From the NCBI GenBank assembly GCA_963709585.1, contig CAVPXI010000005.1, positions 32,001-96,000 of the forward strand: 64,000 bases of DNA, in the 5' to 3' direction. The stretch is from Candidatus Dormiibacterota bacterium. GTDB lineage: Bacteria > Chloroflexota > Dormibacteria > Aeolococcales > Aeolococcaceae. Positions 41,586-51,825 of this stretch are shown in pieces. Position numbers and translations under genes: made by a program. The number at the start of each line of letters is the position of its first letter. The first letter of the stretch is position 1. The notes beneath the pieces were generated by a model, which did not search any database, was not told the origin of the DNA, and saw only the letters and a list, made by a program, of their open reading frames with translations.

Positions 41586-41656
41586 TCCCGGAATTGTGCG
41601 CCGCACGCAGGCATGCCGGCTTGTGGCCTTCGGCGGTGGAAGTGGATACTCATGTC

Positions 41657-42733
41657 ATGCGAGATCTGCTTCCGACGCTCGACGAATGGAGCGAGAGCGA
41701 CCCGCTGGTTGCGATCGCGACCGTCGTGGGCACCTCAGGTTCGACCCCACGGCCGATGGGCGCTCGCCTCCTGGTGAGCCGTGACGGTCGCATGGCCGGC
41801 TCGGTGAGTGGCGGGTGCCTCGAATCCGCCGTGGTGCTCGAGGCTCAGGCGACGATCGCGGGCGATGCCCCACCGCGCCTCCTCCACTACGGGATCAGCG
41901 ACGAGATGGGCTGGTCGGTCGGCCTGTCCTGCGGCGGCGAGGTTGACATCTTCGTCGAGACGCTCGAGGGCGACGGGTCGGATCCGGTGCTCGAGGAGGT
42001 CCGGCGGGCGATCGAGACCTCGCGACCGGTCGCTTTGCTCACCGCCCTCGACGGTGAGCACGCCGGCAACCGAGCCGCGGCCACCGCCGACGGCGGCCTG
42101 GTCGGCAGCCTCGGTGGCTCGTCGACGGTGACCGAGGCGGTTGCCGCGGCGCGACCGCGGATCGCGTCAGGCCTTCCCGGGGTCGAGGAGATCTCGGGCA
42201 CGCGGGTGTTCGTCGATCCGATCGTTCCCTCCCCGCAGCTGGTGGTCATCGGGGCGGTGCACATCGCCGTCGCACTCACCACCATGGCGCGCGCCGCGGG
42301 GTTCACGGTATCGGTGGTCGACCCTCGCACGGCCTTCAACAATCTCGAGCGCATTCCCGACGCCGACCGCCTGGTCACCGCGTGGCCGGACGAGGCGTTG
42401 CCCCACTTCGATCTCGGACCCCGTGACGCGGCTGTGTGCCTCGCCCACGATCCGAAATTCGAGGACCCGGCGCTCACGGCGCTGCTTCGCACCGAGACCG
42501 GGTATATCGGCGCGATCGGCAGCCGCGGAACGCACGCCAAGCGGGTGGCGCGGCTTCGCGAGGCGGGGTTCAGCGACACAGACATCGCGCGCATCCACAG
42601 TCCGGTCGGGCTCAACCTCGGAGCGGCGACGCCCGAGGAGATCGCCATCGCCATCCTCGCCGAGATCGTTGCGGTGCGGCGCGGCCGCAACGCGGGATCG
42701 CTGTCCGCGCTCCCCGCAGCGCCGGTCGGGTGA
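41657..42733 (+). CDS. XdhC/CoxI family Moco-insertion chaperone
   Basis: GSVSGGCLE, GLSCGG, HDPKFE, YIGAIGSR, PVGLNLGA.TPEEIA. Confidence 0.9.
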   Translation: MRDLLPTLDEWSESDPLVAIATVVGTSGSTPRPMGARLLVSRDGRMAGSVSGGCLESAVVLEAQATIAGDAPPRLLHYGISDEMGWSVGLSCGGEVDIFVETLEGDGSDPVLEEVRRAIETSRPVALLTALDGEHAGNRAAATADGGLVGSLGGSSTVTEAVAAARPRIASGLPGVEEISGTRVFVDPIVPSPQLVVIGAVHIAVALTTMARAAGFTVSVVDPRTAFNNLERIPDADRLVTAWPDEALPHFDLGPRDAAVCLAHDPKFEDPALTALLRTETGYIGAIGSRGTHAKRVARLREAGFSDTDIARIHSPVGLNLGAATPEEIAIAILAEIVAVRRGRNAGSLSALPAAPVG

Positions 42734-43785
42734 GACTGGAGGTCCTTCCCGGCTCCGCGGTCGACGGCCCCTCGGCGCGTTGGGCCGGAGCCGTCCTCTG
42801 CCGCGACGTCCTCGACGGCAGCGCCCACCCGGTGCTGAACAAGGGAGCCGTGCTCGCCTCCGGTGACGCGCAGGCCCTGCGCGACGCCCGTCCTGATGAA
42901 CTGCACGTGCTCTGGCTCGACGAGGGCGACGTCGGCGAGGACGCGGCCGCGACACGCATCGCCGCCGCCGTCGCCGGCTCCGGGACCGCGGCCCGGACGC
43001 CGGTCGAGTCCCAGGCGCGGTTGGTCGCGGCGTGGCGCGGGACCGTCGAAGTGGACGTCGAAGCGCTCGCAGCCGTGAATGGCATCGACGGCGTGACCGT
43101 CTTCACGGTGCCCGACGGCCTGCACGTCGACGCCGGCAGAACGCTGGCGGGGGTCAAGATCACGCCGCTCGCAATCGACGAACGGTCGCTCAAGCAGGCG
43201 GAGCGCGCGGCACTCTCGGCGGCCGGTGGTGCCGGCATCGTCCGCGTCCGCCCGTTCCTCCCGCTTCGGGTGGCGGCGATCGTGCGCCAGCAGCTGACCG
43301 ACGACGCCCGCGCTCGGTTCGAACGATCGCTCGGCATGCGTAGCGCATGGTTCGGCGGCACCACCGAACCCGCGAGGTATATCGGCGACGACCCCGAAGA
43401 GGTGCGCCAGGCCCTTGTCGATGCCGCCAGCTCGGCGGATATCGTCCTCGCCGTCGGCGTGGCCTCCGTCGACCCGCTGGACGTCACCTGGCAGAGCCTG
43501 CTCGCCGCCGGGGCGACATCGATCCGGCGTGGCCTGCCGATGCATCCAGGGAGCAGCTACTGGATCGCAGAGCTGCTCGGCCGGACCGTCATCGGGGTGG
43601 CCTCATGCGGAATGTTCTCGCGCCGGAGCGCGCTCGATCTGCTCATCGCCCGGCTCCACGCCGGTCTTCCCCTGGATGCGGAGTACCTGGCGTCGCTCGG
43701 CCACGGCGGCCTGCTCGGCAGGGAGGCCGCGTGGCGGATCCCTCCTTACGAGGTCGCCCTCGCCGACGATCCCGACGAGGACTGA
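42730..43785 (+). CDS. Stand-alone molybdopterin-binding (MoeA/MogA-like) protein
   Basis: GAVLCRD..LNKG, EDAAA, VKITPL, SVDPLD, PMHPGS, LGHGGLL; GTG overlaps the upstream stop. Confidence 0.7.
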   Translation: MRLEVLPGSAVDGPSARWAGAVLCRDVLDGSAHPVLNKGAVLASGDAQALRDARPDELHVLWLDEGDVGEDAAATRIAAAVAGSGTAARTPVESQARLVAAWRGTVEVDVEALAAVNGIDGVTVFTVPDGLHVDAGRTLAGVKITPLAIDERSLKQAERAALSAAGGAGIVRVRPFLPLRVAAIVRQQLTDDARARFERSLGMRSAWFGGTTEPARYIGDDPEEVRQALVDAASSADIVLAVGVASVDPLDVTWQSLLAAGATSIRRGLPMHPGSSYWIAELLGRTVIGVASCGMFSRRSALDLLIARLHAGLPLDAEYLASLGHGGLLGREAAWRIPPYEVALADDPDED

Positions 43786-45035
43786 GCAGCCGCAGAACGG
43801 CCCCGGAAGTCGCAGGCGACCCGGCCGTCCTTGATCACGAGGCGGATGTGGCGCGGTTCTGCGAGGCTGTCGATGTCGGCGAGCGGATCACCGCGGACCG
43901 CGACCACGTCGGCGAGCCTGTCGGCCTCGAGCACGCCGAGGTCGGGGCGTCGGAGCAGTTCCGCCGGCACGCTCGTCGAGGCCACGATCGCCTGCATCGG
44001 GGTCATGCCGCAGCGGACCATCTCGCTGACTTCGCGGAGGTTTCTTCCGTGCGGGCCGACCGCCGCGTCGGTTCCCATCGCGACCTTGACGCCTGCGGCG
44101 ATCGCCGCGGACACCGCTGCGCGGTGGAGCGCTCCGATCCGCTCGGACTTCGCGATCATCTCCGCCGGAAGCCCGCCACCGCCCTCCTTCGCGCCGGCGA
44201 TCACATCCCCGGGCGCGACCAGTGTCGGGACGAGGTACGCGCCTTTCTCCTTCATCAGCGCGATTCCCTCCTCGTCGAGCAGGCATCCGTGCTCGATGCT
44301 GGTGACGCCGGCAAGCAGCGCGTTGCGAATCCCGGCTGCGGACATGGCGTGCGCCATGACCCGCTTGCCGACCACGGCGGCCTCCTCGACCGCGACGCGG
44401 ATCTCCTCGACCGAGAACTGCGCGTGATCGGGCAGATCGCCGGGGCTCAGCACGCCGCCGCTGGTGCACAGCTTGATCCAGTCCGCACCCGCCTGGAGGA
44501 CCTCTCGGACCTTGCGTCGCATCCCGTCGACGCCGTCGACCACGCCATGGGGCACATCGACCTGCGCCGTGAGCCCGACTCGTGCGCCGCACGGCATGAG
44601 GTCGTCACCGTGGCCGCCGGTCTGGCTGAGCAGGCTGACCGCAAGTTCCATGCGGGGCGCCGGGAAATAACCGGCCTCTGCGGCAAGGCGGACGCCGACC
44701 GGGGTGTGGCCCGCGTCGCGCACGGTGGTCACGCCGGCGGCGAGGGTCCGAGCGCAGTTGGGGACCGAGTTGAGGAGGCCCAGCGACGGTGGCGTCATGA
44801 GAATGCGCACGAGATTGGTGCCCGCGGCAGCGAGGTGGACGTGCATGTCCATGAACCCGGGAAGCAGCGTGAGATCGTCGTCCTCGAGCACCTCCGCGTC
44901 GGCTGGGATGGTCAGCGACGAGCGGGCCCCTGCCGCGGTGATCCGCCGGTTCTCCATGACGACCGCGGCGCGCTCCACGGGGTCGCGCCCGCTGCCGTCG
45001 ATGAGTTGCTCGGCGACGATGACGAGTGCTGGCAA
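43746..45035 (-). CDS. Metal-dependent amidohydrolase (prolidase-like subgroup)
   Basis: PGFMDMHVH, GVTTVRD, TGGHGD, IKLCTSGG, AHA, SIEHG, GTDA; GGAGG RBS before TTG. Confidence 0.88.
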   Translation of the reverse strand: MPALVIVAEQLIDGSGRDPVERAAVVMENRRITAAGARSSLTIPADAEVLEDDDLTLLPGFMDMHVHLAAAGTNLVRILMTPPSLGLLNSVPNCARTLAAGVTTVRDAGHTPVGVRLAAEAGYFPAPRMELAVSLLSQTGGHGDDLMPCGARVGLTAQVDVPHGVVDGVDGMRRKVREVLQAGADWIKLCTSGGVLSPGDLPDHAQFSVEEIRVAVEEAAVVGKRVMAHAMSAAGIRNALLAGVTSIEHGCLLDEEGIALMKEKGAYLVPTLVAPGDVIAGAKEGGGGLPAEMIAKSERIGALHRAAVSAAIAAGVKVAMGTDAAVGPHGRNLREVSEMVRCGMTPMQAIVASTSVPAELLRRPDLGVLEADRLADVVAVRGDPLADIDSLAEPRHIRLVIKDGRVACDFRGRSAAAQSSSGSSARATS

Positions 45036-45085
45036 CTCACCTACCTCCGGGATCGCGAACTGGACCGACCGAGGCTAGCAGAGCG

Positions 45086-45688
45086 TCAGCCGGGGTCAGC
45101 GGCGAGCCGCTCGTAGTCGTCGCGGGTGTCGATGTCGATCGGATGGCCGCCGGGGCGATCGGCCGCGAGCGCCGCCACGAGCTCCGGGTGCGCCCGCACC
45201 AGCGCCCGGCAGCCGACGTCTCCCTCGAGCGCGTCGATGTCGCCCCAGAGCTCGCGAGCGAGCACCACCGGCGGATGCAGCAACCCGTCGAAGCTGAGCG
45301 CCGCCGAGGGCAGCCCGGAGGCCGCCTGAGTCTCGAGGAGGCGGTCGACGAGCTCAGCGCTGACGTCCGGTTGATCGCCGAGGATGACGACAGCCCGCGA
45401 TACGTCGGCGCTCAGGCCAGCGATTCCGACCCGCAGCGAGGTGCTCATCCCCTCGGCATGCCGGGGATTGAGGATCACCCGCGCACGCCCGAACCGCACC
45501 GACTGCCGGATCTCATCGGCGTGCGCTCCGAGGACGACCACGACCTCGTCGAGCCGGGAGTCGCATGCCGCGGCAAGGGCCGCTTCGAGGAGCGGCCTGC
45601 CGTGCAGGCGCAGCAACTGCTTCGGCTCCCCCATCCGTCGCGAAGCCCCGGCGGCGAGGACCACCCCCGCCGACTTCGAGGCGGTCAC
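45086..45688 (-). CDS. mocA: Molybdenum cofactor cytidylyltransferase (MocA/YgfJ family)
   Basis: LAAGASRRMG.PKQLL, GMSTSL, LGDQP, HPPV, GDVG, DIDT; located in the cox operon. Confidence 0.82.
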   Translation of the reverse strand: MTASKSAGVVLAAGASRRMGEPKQLLRLHGRPLLEAALAAACDSRLDEVVVVLGAHADEIRQSVRFGRARVILNPRHAEGMSTSLRVGIAGLSADVSRAVVILGDQPDVSAELVDRLLETQAASGLPSAALSFDGLLHPPVVLARELWGDIDALEGDVGCRALVRAHPELVAALAADRPGGHPIDIDTRDDYERLAADPG

Positions 45689-46663
45689 TCAGCCGGCAGT
45701 CGCGCGCAGGAACCGTGCCGGGTCTGCGACGAACTGCTCCCGGCATGCCGAGCAGCAGAAGAAGTACGTCTGCTCCTCGTGGGTCGCCTGGTGCGCGGCA
45801 TCCGCGGTGTCGACGGTCATGGCGCACACCGGGTCGACTGCGAACCCGGCGAGCGCGGCAGGCGCGGGAACAGGGTTCGCGGTCATGCGCTCGTGTCGGA
45901 GCGCGACGACTTCGGCGAGCGCGTGGAGCGCGATCTCCTCCTGCGCCCCGGCACGCCGTTCGCCGGCCGGGGCGCGCACCCTGGCCAGCTGCGCATCGGA
46001 CACGCCGCGCCCGCGGAGCGTGCCCACCACGGCGGCGGAGCGGCGAACGCTCGCCACCAGCGCGATGTCCGCGGCCGTCAGGCTCAATGCGGCCTCCAGG
46101 GCGTCATCGTCGTAGTGGCCCATGGTCGCGACCACCACCCAGCAGTCCTTCTCGTGAGCGAGCGAGCTGAGGTCGAGGCTGTCGACCACCCGGTCCGCCC
46201 CCGGAAAGTCCGCGGCGTGCGCCCCGGGATGGATGGCGCAGGTGCGGAAGCCGAGCACACGACCGAGCTCGATCAGCGTCCGGGCGGCCGGACTCCCGCC
46301 GATAACGGCGAGGAGCGGCCTCGGCAGGTGCGGGTCGATGAAGATGTCGAGCGTCCCGCCGCTCGGGCAGGTCGTCGCCACGGTCAGCTCACCACCCTCC
46401 CGTGTCTCGAGCGCCTCGACGTCCGGCCGGATGCGAACCATTCGCGGCAATCCGTCGCTCATCGAGACGAGCGCCTCGCGGCGCACCAGCGCGTCGGAGC
46501 AGCTGCCGCCGATCCACCCGTGCAGCTCGCCGTCGTCGGTGATCACCGCCTTGTCGCCGGGATGTGCCGACGTCGGCGACTTGGTGCGCACCACGGTTGC
46601 GAGCGCGCACGGACGCCCCGACGCGGCGTTCTCGGCGAGCAGGGTCAGGAGGCCGCCGTCTAT
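45689..46663 (-). CDS. coxF: XdhC/CoxF family protein fused to a C-terminal YHS domain (start uncertain, possibly ATA)
   Basis: GWIGGSC, TCPSGG, VATMGHYD, EEIAL; tail DPVCAMTVD...YFFCCSACREQF. Confidence 0.82.
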   Translation of the reverse strand: MDGGLLTLLAENAASGRPCALATVVRTKSPTSAHPGDKAVITDDGELHGWIGGSCSDALVRREALVSMSDGLPRMVRIRPDVEALETREGGELTVATTCPSGGTLDIFIDPHLPRPLLAVIGGSPAARTLIELGRVLGFRTCAIHPGAHAADFPGADRVVDSLDLSSLAHEKDCWVVVATMGHYDDDALEAALSLTAADIALVASVRRSAAVVGTLRGRGVSDAQLARVRAPAGERRAGAQEEIALHALAEVVALRHERMTANPVPAPAALAGFAVDPVCAMTVDTADAAHQATHEEQTYFFCCSACREQFVADPARFLRATAG

Positions 46664-49038
46664 TCGGTCACCCCCTTGCTGCGCAGCGCGGCCCACACCT
46701 TGTCGGAGGTGACCGGCATGTCGATGTTGGTGATACCGAGGTGCGACAGCGCGTCGATGACCGCGTTCACGTACGCGGCCGGCGACCCGACGGTTGCCGA
46801 TTCGCCGACGCCCTTGGCGCCGATCGGATGGTGCGGCGACGGTGTGACCGTCTCGCCCAGCTCGAAGCGGGGCGTCTCCCACGCGGTGGGGATCAGGTAG
46901 TCCATGAAGTTGGAGCCGATGCAGTTGCCCTCGTCGTCGAAGGTGATCAGCTCCATGAAGGCGATGCCGTAGCCCTCGGTGAGGCCACCGTGGATCTGTC
47001 CCTCGACGATCATCGGGTTGATGCGTACCCCGCAGTCGTCAACGGCAACCATGCGGCGCACCTTGACCTGACCGGTGCCCTTGTCGATGTCGACCACGAC
47101 CAGGTAGGTTCCGAACGGGAAGGTCATGTTCGGCGGGTCGTAGTAGGTCACCCCCTCGAGTCCCGCTTCGAGGCCCTCCGGGAGGTTGGTGTACGCGGCG
47201 AAGGCGATGTCCTGGATGGTCTTGATGTTGTCCGGTGAGCCCTTGACGTGGTACTTGCCGTGATCGAACTCGATGTCGGCCACGTCCGCCTCGAAGAGAT
47301 GCGCGGCGATCAGCTTGCCTTTGTCGCGCAGCTTGCGCGAGACCATCGCCGTGGCGGCGCCGCCCACCGGCGTGGACCGCGACGCGTATGTGCCCAAGCC
47401 GAACGGCGTGTTGTCGGTGTCGCCCTCGCGGACCTCGACGTCGGACGCAGGGATGCCGAGCTCTTCCGCAACGATCTGCGCGAAGGTCGTCTCGTGCCCC
47501 TGGCCCTGCGACTTCACCCCGAGCTTGAGGATCGCCTTGCCGGTGGGATGGACGCGCAGCTCGGCCGAGTCGAACATGCGCAACCCCGCGATGTCGTAGT
47601 CCTTGCCCTTGCCCGCACCGACAACCTCCGTGAAGCTGGCGACGCCGATGCCCATCAGCTCGCCCCGGGCGCGCTTCTCGGCCTGCTCCTTGCGAAGCTC
47701 GTCATAGCCGAGCATGTCGAGCGCGACCTGCATCGCCTTGGGGTAGTTGCCACTGTCGTACTCGAAGCCCGACGCCGACTGATACGGAAACGCCTCGGGC
47801 TGGATGAAATTGTTGAGGCGAGTGGTCACCGGGTCCTGACCCAGCTCGACGGCGGCGCTCTCGACCAGTCGCTCGATGAAGTACGACGCCTCGGTGACTC
47901 TGAAGGAGCATCGGTACGCGACCCCTCCGGGCGCCTTGTTCGTGTACGCGCCGTCCGCCACGATGTGCGCGGCCGGAATGTCGTAGGAGCCGGTCACGAT
48001 GTGAAAGAGGCCCGCCCGGAACTTGCTCGGCTGCGCGTCCGCGAAGAAGGCCCCGTTGTCGCTGAGCAGATGCACGCGGAGTCCGATGAACTTCCCGTTC
48101 TCATCGATGGCGATCGAGCCGTCCATGTGATAGTCGCGCGCAAACCCGGTTGAGATGAGGTTCTCTGTCCGGTCCTCCACCCACTTCACCGGACGTCCGA
48201 TCAGCAACGACGCCGCGGTCGCGACAACGTATCCCGGATAGATCGGCACCTTGTTGCCGAAGCCACCACCGAGGTCCGGGGAGATGATCCGGATCTTCTC
48301 CTCGGGCAGCCCGGCGACGATCGCGAAGAGGGTTCGATGCGCGTGCGGTGCCTGACTGGTCATGTAGATGGTCGCATTGCCGGTCACGGGGTCAAGGTCG
48401 GCGACGCACCCGCACGTCTCCAGCGGCGACGGGTGGCAGCGCGGGTAGAAGGTGGAGAGGCTCACGACCTTGGCGGCCCGCGCGAACGCCGCGTCGGTCG
48501 CGTCCTTGTCGCCGGCTTCCCAGTGATAGATCTTGTTGTCGGTTTGACCGTCCTTCTCATCGCGGATCACCGGAGCGCCCGGCGCGATTGCCTGCTGCGG
48601 CGTGGTCACCGCCTGGAGCGGCTCGTAGTCGACGCTGACCAGCGCCGCCGCGTCCTCGGCGATGTACTTGGTCTCGGCGATGACGCAGGCAACCTCCTGA
48701 CCCTGGAAGCGGACCTTGTCGGTGGCGAGCACGGCCTGGGTATCGCCCGACAGCGTGGGCATCCAGGCGAGCTTGTGCTGCGCAAGCAGCTCGCCGGTGA
48801 CCACCGCGATCACGCCGGGTATCGCCATGGCCGCGCTGGTGTCGATGCCGCGAATGCGCGCATGCGCATAGGGGCTTCGCACCACGACCATGTGGAGCAT
48901 CCCCGGCAGGACGACGTCGTCGACGTAGTGACCCTGACCGTGGATGAACCGCGCGTCCTCTTTGCGGGCGAGCGAGACGCCGATGCCTCCCATCGCCTGA
49001 CGCGCGGCTTCGATTGCTTCCTTGCTGTCGACTGCCAT
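46660..49038 (-). CDS. coxL: Aerobic CO dehydrogenase large subunit, form I
   Basis: AYRCSFR active-site motif (~47899-47919), GGGFGNK, QGQGHETT, AKGVGES. Confidence 0.97.
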   Translation of the reverse strand: MAVDSKEAIEAARQAMGGIGVSLARKEDARFIHGQGHYVDDVVLPGMLHMVVVRSPYAHARIRGIDTSAAMAIPGVIAVVTGELLAQHKLAWMPTLSGDTQAVLATDKVRFQGQEVACVIAETKYIAEDAAALVSVDYEPLQAVTTPQQAIAPGAPVIRDEKDGQTDNKIYHWEAGDKDATDAAFARAAKVVSLSTFYPRCHPSPLETCGCVADLDPVTGNATIYMTSQAPHAHRTLFAIVAGLPEEKIRIISPDLGGGFGNKVPIYPGYVVATAASLLIGRPVKWVEDRTENLISTGFARDYHMDGSIAIDENGKFIGLRVHLLSDNGAFFADAQPSKFRAGLFHIVTGSYDIPAAHIVADGAYTNKAPGGVAYRCSFRVTEASYFIERLVESAAVELGQDPVTTRLNNFIQPEAFPYQSASGFEYDSGNYPKAMQVALDMLGYDELRKEQAEKRARGELMGIGVASFTEVVGAGKGKDYDIAGLRMFDSAELRVHPTGKAILKLGVKSQGQGHETTFAQIVAEELGIPASDVEVREGDTDNTPFGLGTYASRSTPVGGAATAMVSRKLRDKGKLIAAHLFEADVADIEFDHGKYHVKGSPDNIKTIQDIAFAAYTNLPEGLEAGLEGVTYYDPPNMTFPFGTYLVVVDIDKGTGQVKVRRMVAVDDCGVRINPMIVEGQIHGGLTEGYGIAFMELITFDDEGNCIGSNFMDYLIPTAWETPRFELGETVTPSPHHPIGAKGVGESATVGSPAAYVNAVIDALSHLGITNIDMPVTSDKVWAALRSKGVTE

Positions 49039-49523
49039 CACGCTACTCCTGCGGTGTTCTCGGCAGCTTTCGCAGCCGCGGCATGCTGGATCGCCTTGAC
49101 GATATTCATGTAGCCGGTGCAACGACAGATGTTGCCGCTGATCCCCCAGCGGATCTCATCCTCGGTCGGATGAGGATTGCTCTCGATGAGCGCCGCACCG
49201 ACGAGCATCATCCCGGGCGTGCAGAAGCCGCATTGCAGGCCGTGCTCCGCGTGGAATCCCTCCTGGATCGCGTGCAGCTTGCCGCCCTGTGCAAGACCCT
49301 CGACCGTGGTGATGCTCCTGCCCTCGACTTGCGCGGCGAGCACCGTGCAGGATTTCACCGGGCGCCCGTCGAGCAGCACCGTGCAGGCACCGCAGTTGCT
49401 GGTGTCGCAGCCGATGTGCGTCCCGGTCATGCCCAGCCTGGTGCGAATGAAATCAACCAGCAGCGTTCGTGGCTCCGCCTCGGCGCTGCGCTCGGCCCCG
49501 TTCATGGTGACCGTGATCTTCAT
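49038..49523 (-). CDS. coxS: CO dehydrogenase small (2x[2Fe-2S]) subunit
   Basis: [26 protein letters not shown]. Confidence 0.96.
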   Translation of the reverse strand: MKITVTMNGAERSAEAEPRTLLVDFIRTRLGMTGTHIGCDTSNCGACTVLLDGRPVKSCTVLAAQVEGRSITTVEGLAQGGKLHAIQEGFHAEHGLQCGFCTPGMMLVGAALIESNPHPTEDEIRWGISGNICRCTGYMNIVKAIQHAAAAKAAENTAGVA

Positions 49524-50398
49524 GCCGCTGCTCCCTGCGCACGATTGATCGCGGTGTGCAGGCCGCGCTGCACGAAGACCCGTGCAACATCGCGCTTGTA
49601 CTCCGCACTGCCCCGGATATCTGCTTTTGGTTCGGCAGCCTCACCGGCAAGGCGGGAGGCTTCCGCGATCACCTCGTCAGACGGCGCCTGACCCACAAGC
49701 GCTGCCTCCGCCGCAGTCGCCTTGATGCTGTGCGCACCGACGGCGCACAGCCCGATACCGGCGGTCGCGATTCGACCCTCGGCGTCGAGCACGACGTGGA
49801 CGGCGGTGGCGACGCTGGCGAAATCGCCGACCTTGCGCTCGAGCTTCAGGTATGTCCCTCCCGACCGTCCCGCGACGACCGGGATCCGGATCTCGGTCAT
49901 CACCTCGTCGGCGTGCAGGCCGGTCGTGAACGGCCCCTCGAAGAAGCCGGCAGCCGGGAGAACGCGCTCACCGCTTGCCGCCCTGACCACGAATTCGGCG
50001 CCGACCGCGAGCATCACCGCGCCCCAGTCGCCGGCGGGATCGGCGTGGCAGATCGAGCCGCCGACTGTCCCCATGTTGCGGATGAGCGGATCGGAGATGA
50101 GCGGCGCCGCGTCCAGGAGCACGTCGAGCGTGCCGCGCAGGTCGGTGGCGCTCTCGACATCGCGATGACGGGTGCGCGCTCCGATACGCACGTGCCCGTT
50201 TTCCCGGCCAATTCCCTCGAGTTCATCGACTCTTCCGATATCGATGACGATGACTGGAGCCGCAAATCGCAGTTTCAATAATGGGATCAGGCTCTGCCCT
50301 CCGGCAAGCACCTTCGCGTCATCGCCGTGCTGGCTCAACAGGCTGAGCACTTCGTCCAGCGCCCCCGGCGCAATGTAGTCGAACGCGGCAGGGAACAT
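49520..50398 (-). CDS. coxM: CO dehydrogenase medium (FAD) subunit
   Basis: [28 protein letters not shown]; GGAGG RBS. Confidence 0.95.
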   Translation of the reverse strand: MFPAAFDYIAPGALDEVLSLLSQHGDDAKVLAGGQSLIPLLKLRFAAPVIVIDIGRVDELEGIGRENGHVRIGARTRHRDVESATDLRGTLDVLLDAAPLISDPLIRNMGTVGGSICHADPAGDWGAVMLAVGAEFVVRAASGERVLPAAGFFEGPFTTGLHADEVMTEIRIPVVAGRSGGTYLKLERKVGDFASVATAVHVVLDAEGRIATAGIGLCAVGAHSIKATAAEAALVGQAPSDEVIAEASRLAGEAAEPKADIRGSAEYKRDVARVFVQRGLHTAINRAQGAAA

Positions 50399-50592
50399 CC
50401 AGAACCTCCGGGATTTGAACCCAATTACTCTCTCGATGTGTCCGCCAACGGACAGGGCACAGCGTACGCCTCGAAGGCAAGCCATCGAAATAGCCATGTG
50501 CTGCACCGCCGACAGCGGGAATACCCGCCCCGCAGCCGCGACTATGATGGTTGCCGGACTCCCGACGAGGGTGGAGGATGAGAACCCAAACG

Positions 50593-51825
50593 ATGTTGAC
50601 GCACGCCGTTTCCACCGACCTCGAATCAGTCGCCAGTGCGCAGCGGCGTCTGCTCGACCAGGTCGGCGTGCTTGCACCCGAGACAGTCAGCCTCGATAAG
50701 GCGCTGGGACGTGTCCTCGCCGAGCCGATCTCGTCGCGGTCCGAGCTCCCCGGGTTCGACAACTCGGCGATGGACGGATACGCGGTGCGCTCGCGCGACA
50801 TCGCGCAGGCGACGCCACGCGCGCCCGTCCGCCTTCCCGTCGCCGGGGAATCGCGGGCGGGGTCGGTGCCCGATGCGCACGTCGCGGGGACCGCGATGCG
50901 GATCATGACCGGCGCGCCGATGCCGGATGGTGCGGACACCGTGGTCCGCCAGGAGGACGCGTCACGAGACGGGGCGCTGGTGCTCATCGAGGTCGCGACC
51001 CCGCTCGGCACCAGCGTTCGCCCGCACGGCGCGGACATGCGCGCCGGAGACACGGTGATCCTGCCCGGGCAGCCACTGACCAGCATCGACATCGGGGTCG
51101 CCGCCGCACTGGGTCACGACCGTCTGCGTGTCGGGACGAGACCACGGGTCGCGCTGCTCGCGACCGGGGATGAGCTGGTCCCGGCGGGCACGCCCCCCGG
51201 GCCGGCACAGCTCGTCGACTCCAACTCCCCGATGCTCACCGCGGCCGTCCTCGAAGCCGGTGGTATTCCATCGTTCCTCGGCATCGCGCGCGACTCGAAG
51301 GACTCGGTGCGCGCGATGCTCGAAATCGCGTCGGCATCGGACCTCGTGGTGAGCAGCGCGGGCGTCAGCGTCGGGGACCATGACTGGGTCCGCGAAGTCG
51401 TCTCGGAGCTGGGAACCATCTCGACCTGGCGGGTCGCGATGCGACCGGGCAAACCGGTGCTGATCGGAACGCTCCGTGACGCCGTGTTCATCGGCCTTCC
51501 CGGGAACCCGGTCAGCAGCTCGGTGACGTTCGAGCTGTTCGCGCGTCCGGTCATCCGCCGGATGCAGGGTGCGAACGAGCTGCACCGGCGGCGCATGCTC
51601 GTCCGGGTTGGCGAGGAGATGAGCAAGCCCGCCGGACTGGAGACATACACACGCGCGGTGCTGCGCGTGACGTCAGACGAGGATCTGCCCCACGCGCACA
51701 GTTCGGGCGACCAGGGGTCGTCGATGCTCCGGTCGCTCACGCGCGCGGACTGCCTGCTCGTGCTGCCGGCGGAACTCGAGATCGTCAAAACCGGCACCGT
51801 CGTCGAGGCGATCCCCTTGCGATGA
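50593..51825 (+). CDS. moeA: Molybdopterin molybdotransferase MoeA
   Basis: FDNSAMDGYA, IMTGA, TGDEL, DSNS, GVSVGD, MRPGKP, LPGNPVS. Confidence 0.95.
   Translation: MLTHAVSTDLESVASAQRRLLDQVGVLAPETVSLDKALGRVLAEPISSRSELPGFDNSAMDGYAVRSRDIAQATPRAPVRLPVAGESRAGSVPDAHVAGTAMRIMTGAPMPDGADTVVRQEDASRDGALVLIEVATPLGTSVRPHGADMRAGDTVILPGQPLTSIDIGVAAALGHDRLRVGTRPRVALLATGDELVPAGTPPGPAQLVDSNSPMLTAAVLEAGGIPSFLGIARDSKDSVRAMLEIASASDLVVSSAGVSVGDHDWVREVVSELGTISTWRVAMRPGKPVLIGTLRDAVFIGLPGNPVSSSVTFELFARPVIRRMQGANELHRRRMLVRVGEEMSKPAGLETYTRAVLRVTSDEDLPHAHSSGDQGSSMLRSLTRADCLLVLPAELEIVKTGTVVEAIPLR

Noticed and set aside
50399-50592. Moco riboswitch in the coxM-moeA divergent gap
   Set aside because: Only a 6-bp hairpin (TGTCCG-CCAA-CGGACA) and a TATGAT -10 candidate are visible; no recognisable multi-stem motif without an Infernal search
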